From an uncultured Acidobacteriota bacterium (GTDB lineage Bacteria; Acidobacteriota; UBA6911): a DNA stretch of 18,291 bases. Below the pieces are notes generated by a model, which had not been told where the DNA came from, made no database searches, and worked only from the letters and a program-made list of their open reading frames with translations. A program made the position numbers and the translations under genes. Where the stretch lies: assembly GCA_963843575.1 (NCBI GenBank), contig CAWJKZ010000001.1, positions 1 to 18,291 on the forward strand. Reading direction: 5' to 3'. Shown here piece by piece: positions 15,809 to 18,291 of the stretch; the stretch's first letter is position 1, and each line of letters begins with the position of its first letter.

Positions 15809-17635
15809 CTAGCCTGGTCATATAGCACATCACACCCGCGAGCGGCAGGTGGATCCAGGTTTCAGCGACCGAGAGGCCTTGGGCTTCCAGGATTTCGCGG
15901 TAGGCGGCGAGCTGGCCGGAGAATTCTGCGACCGATTCGGCGGCCAGCGCGGCCGGAATCGGGCGGCTCTTGTGGTCCACCACCAGGTACTGGCCGTTCG
16001 CGAGCTCGACCAGCAGATCAATCGCTCCCACCCACTGGCCGCCGGCGGAGCGCGGCGCCGTCACCGGAACCTCCGTCAGGCGGATCACGCCCGCCTTTGC
16101 CGCGCACCCAATTCTCGAGCACGGGTGCCGCAGGCGACCAGCGCCGGCGGTGTGATCAGTCCCTCCACCTCCATGGTCTTCAGGCATTTTTCGACGCAAT
16201 CTCCAGTTTGCGCGATTCAGGCGCATTCGCCAGGCTCGGCAGGGCTGCAAGGTAGGCGTGCACCGCGTTCCCGAGAGCTTCGTACTGATCCGTCTTGACC
16301 GACGGGAACGGATGGGGGCCAGGCAGCTCTTCGACGATCGCCTGCGTCGCGGCCGGGCCGGGCTCCTGCAGGCTTGGGCTGTGGAAGCGCTCCGTCACAA
16401 TGTCGGAAATCTCTCCTCCGGCCACCGCCAGCCACTTCTGCGCTTGCGGCACCGGCTGCCGGCAGGAATCGAGCACGTCCGCCGCGAGCTCGCGCACGAT
16501 CAGCGAAGTCCCGAGCCCGGCCAACCGATGCTCTCCGGGCGGCAGCGGCGGCGGAAGCAGCGCGTCCACCTCAGACAGGCGCTTCAGCCAGTCGTATTTG
16601 TCCGGGCGGTGGGCCAGAACCAGCTTTCGCTTCGCCCGGGTCATGCCTACGTACAGGAGCCGCCTGGATTCCTCCAGTTCGAGATCGGAGACCCGGACTC
16701 CCTCCTCGGAATTCAAAGCGTCCTGCTCGAGGTTCGACCCGGTGATCAGCTGCCCGAACAGACCGCGGCCGAACGGCCAGGGCCAGAAACGCAGGACGCG
16801 GCCTTTCAACGGCTCGCCCTGCTCCACCGCGCCGCCCGAGACCCGCGGGCTCCAGAGATCGGGATCGCGGCTGAAATTCAGTCCCGTCAGGATCACCACC
16901 GGCCATTCCAGGCCTTTTGCGGAGTGCCAGGTCGTGGCTGTCACGGCCTGAATCCCTTCGGGGTGGACGATCTCGTCTTCCTTGCCACGCCACAACCGTT
17001 CGAACCAGGAGATCATCCCCGTCAGGGTGGCCGCCATCCCCAACTCGGCAGCTTCCTCTTCGTACTGCGCGCCCAGCTCCAACAAGCTGTCCAGGTGGCC
17101 GCCGCGCCGCGACGGTTCCTGCCACCGGCCGAGCACTCCCGCGAGTTCCAGGACTTCGATCACCCGGCCCAGCGTGGCGATCGGCGAAGACGTAGGTACA
17201 TTCAGCTGCTGGAGACTGTTCAAAATGGCGTGCTCAGGCCACGGAGGTTTGCCGCCATCCGGCTCATGCTCCTTGACCGCGCGCAGCCGCTCGTCGATCC
17301 AGGCCGGGGTTCCCCCGCTCTGTTCATCGAGGAGGTGGATGATGGTGGCGGCCGCCAGGCTGTCTCACCGGTCGACTGCAACGCGCAGGCCGGCCAGGAC
17401 GAGGGCGCATTTCCGCGAGGTCGAAAAGTCCGGGCGTCTCCGTGACACAGGGGATGCCGATGTCTTTCAGAGTCCGGGCGACCTCACGGCCGTCTTCCCA
17501 CGTCCGGGTCAGAATCGAAATGTCGCCCGGATTCGAGCCTTCCCGCAGGAGCTGCGCCACGCCGGCGGCCAGGGCGGCGCTGTCCTCGTCCTTGTTGCGC
17601 GTCTGCAGGAGCCAGCGCTCGCCCGGACCATCCTG
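15809..17635 (-). pseudogene. 5'-truncated, frameshifted UvrD/AddA-like SF1 helicase with C-terminal PD-(D/E)XK nuclease
   Basis: GDISILTRT (17324..17725 frame), TWHSAKGLEWPVVIL and EESRRLLYVGMTRAKRKL (16180..17223 frame), GAIDLL...VVDHKS...QLAAY (15579..16250 frame). The Walker A/B half is absent. The 3' end is approximate. Confidence 0.85.
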
Positions 17636-18031
17636 GGAGACGAGGTCATTCGGTGGTACCGGGGGCGCTGTGGAAAGTGTGAGGAAGTCCATGCGGTGAT
17701 GAAGAACGACCTGGCTGGCGGACATCTGCCTTCGGCTCAGTTCGGCGCCGATGCCGCATGGTGGGGGATCACGGTACTGGCCTACAATCTCAATTCAATG
17801 ATGAAACGACTGGCTATGCCTGAGGGGTGGGCGCCGAAGCGACTGAAGGCGATACGTTTTGGCCTCATCAACATCGCGGGAAGGGTGGTCACACATGCTC
17901 ACCGTCTCATCATCCGCTTGAGCCAGAGCCATCCCGCCTACAGGCTGCTGGTAGAAGTCAGACGGCGCATCCACGCCCTCTCCCATCCTTCCGCTGAAGG
18001 AGGTTTGACCTTAGCCCAAGGACCACCGTAA
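17636..18031 (+). pseudogene. C-terminal fragment of an IS1380-family transposase
   Basis: GDEVIRWYRGRCGKCEEVHAVMKNDLAGGHLPSAQFGADAAWWGITVLAYNL...RLKAIRFGLINIAGRVVTHAHRLIIRL is typical of IS1380 (DDE_Tnp_1_4) C-termini. Confidence 0.88.
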
Positions 18032-18275
18032 CCACCACTTACAGCAACTCGTTGCCCGGCGAGGTAGTGGCATCCTTGGGGAAAAGGAAGCCGCTCAAGA
18101 TAAGTTTGTCCCCTTTGGCACGCATAAAGGCTTCCCTCGGCCATTTCCGGCTGTGGAGACCTTCACTCCCACACTTCGCATCGCTCCAATGACTTGCGAA
18201 AGAGGCTGAGTTGCTGCTCGGCTGTCCTACTAACCCCATCACAGCCCCACCACCAAAACAGATGGTGGATTCTGG
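17636..18275 (+). mobile_element. Partial IS1380-family element (3' part and probable right end)
   Basis: Transposase tail, then a lower-GC non-coding stretch ending in GATGGTGGATTCTGG (18261-18275), which resembles IS1380-type right ends. No left end is visible. Confidence 0.65.
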
Positions 18276-18291
18276 TACAACGCGTCACCAG

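Noticed and set aside
16982-17635. 349-aa ORF 16982..18031 as a full transposase
   Set aside because: Only the part from about 17636 is transposase-like. The rest is the antisense of the helicase remnant.

Overview
GC-rich bacterial window; the gene content is reminiscent of Acidobacteriota, but that is inference only. Several genes carry single-base frameshifts that look like long-read indel errors. The left part encodes secreted and carbohydrate-related proteins. A GH31 glycosidase is bracketed by two diverged, direct-oriented copies of an AT-rich, self-palindromic 231-bp element. It is followed by two coupled secreted beta-propeller proteins, an orphan ECF sigma factor between two gene remnants, a DUF5060/DUF4038 glycosidase-like protein, an unusual signal peptide + SAM-methyltransferase + PQQ-dehydrogenase fusion, and a SnoaL/NTF2-like protein. 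The right part looks like a defence/accessory island: vapBC with a perfect operator palindrome, a truncated M14 peptidase, a Nudix + PLD-nuclease/SF2-helicase/DUF3427 (SauUSI-like type IV restriction) pair, and a 5'-truncated UvrD/PD-(D/E)XK helicase-nuclease joined to a 5'-truncated IS1380-family element. The most novel-looking signal is the fixed-length 231-bp element pair, which sits right against gene ends like cassette boundaries.
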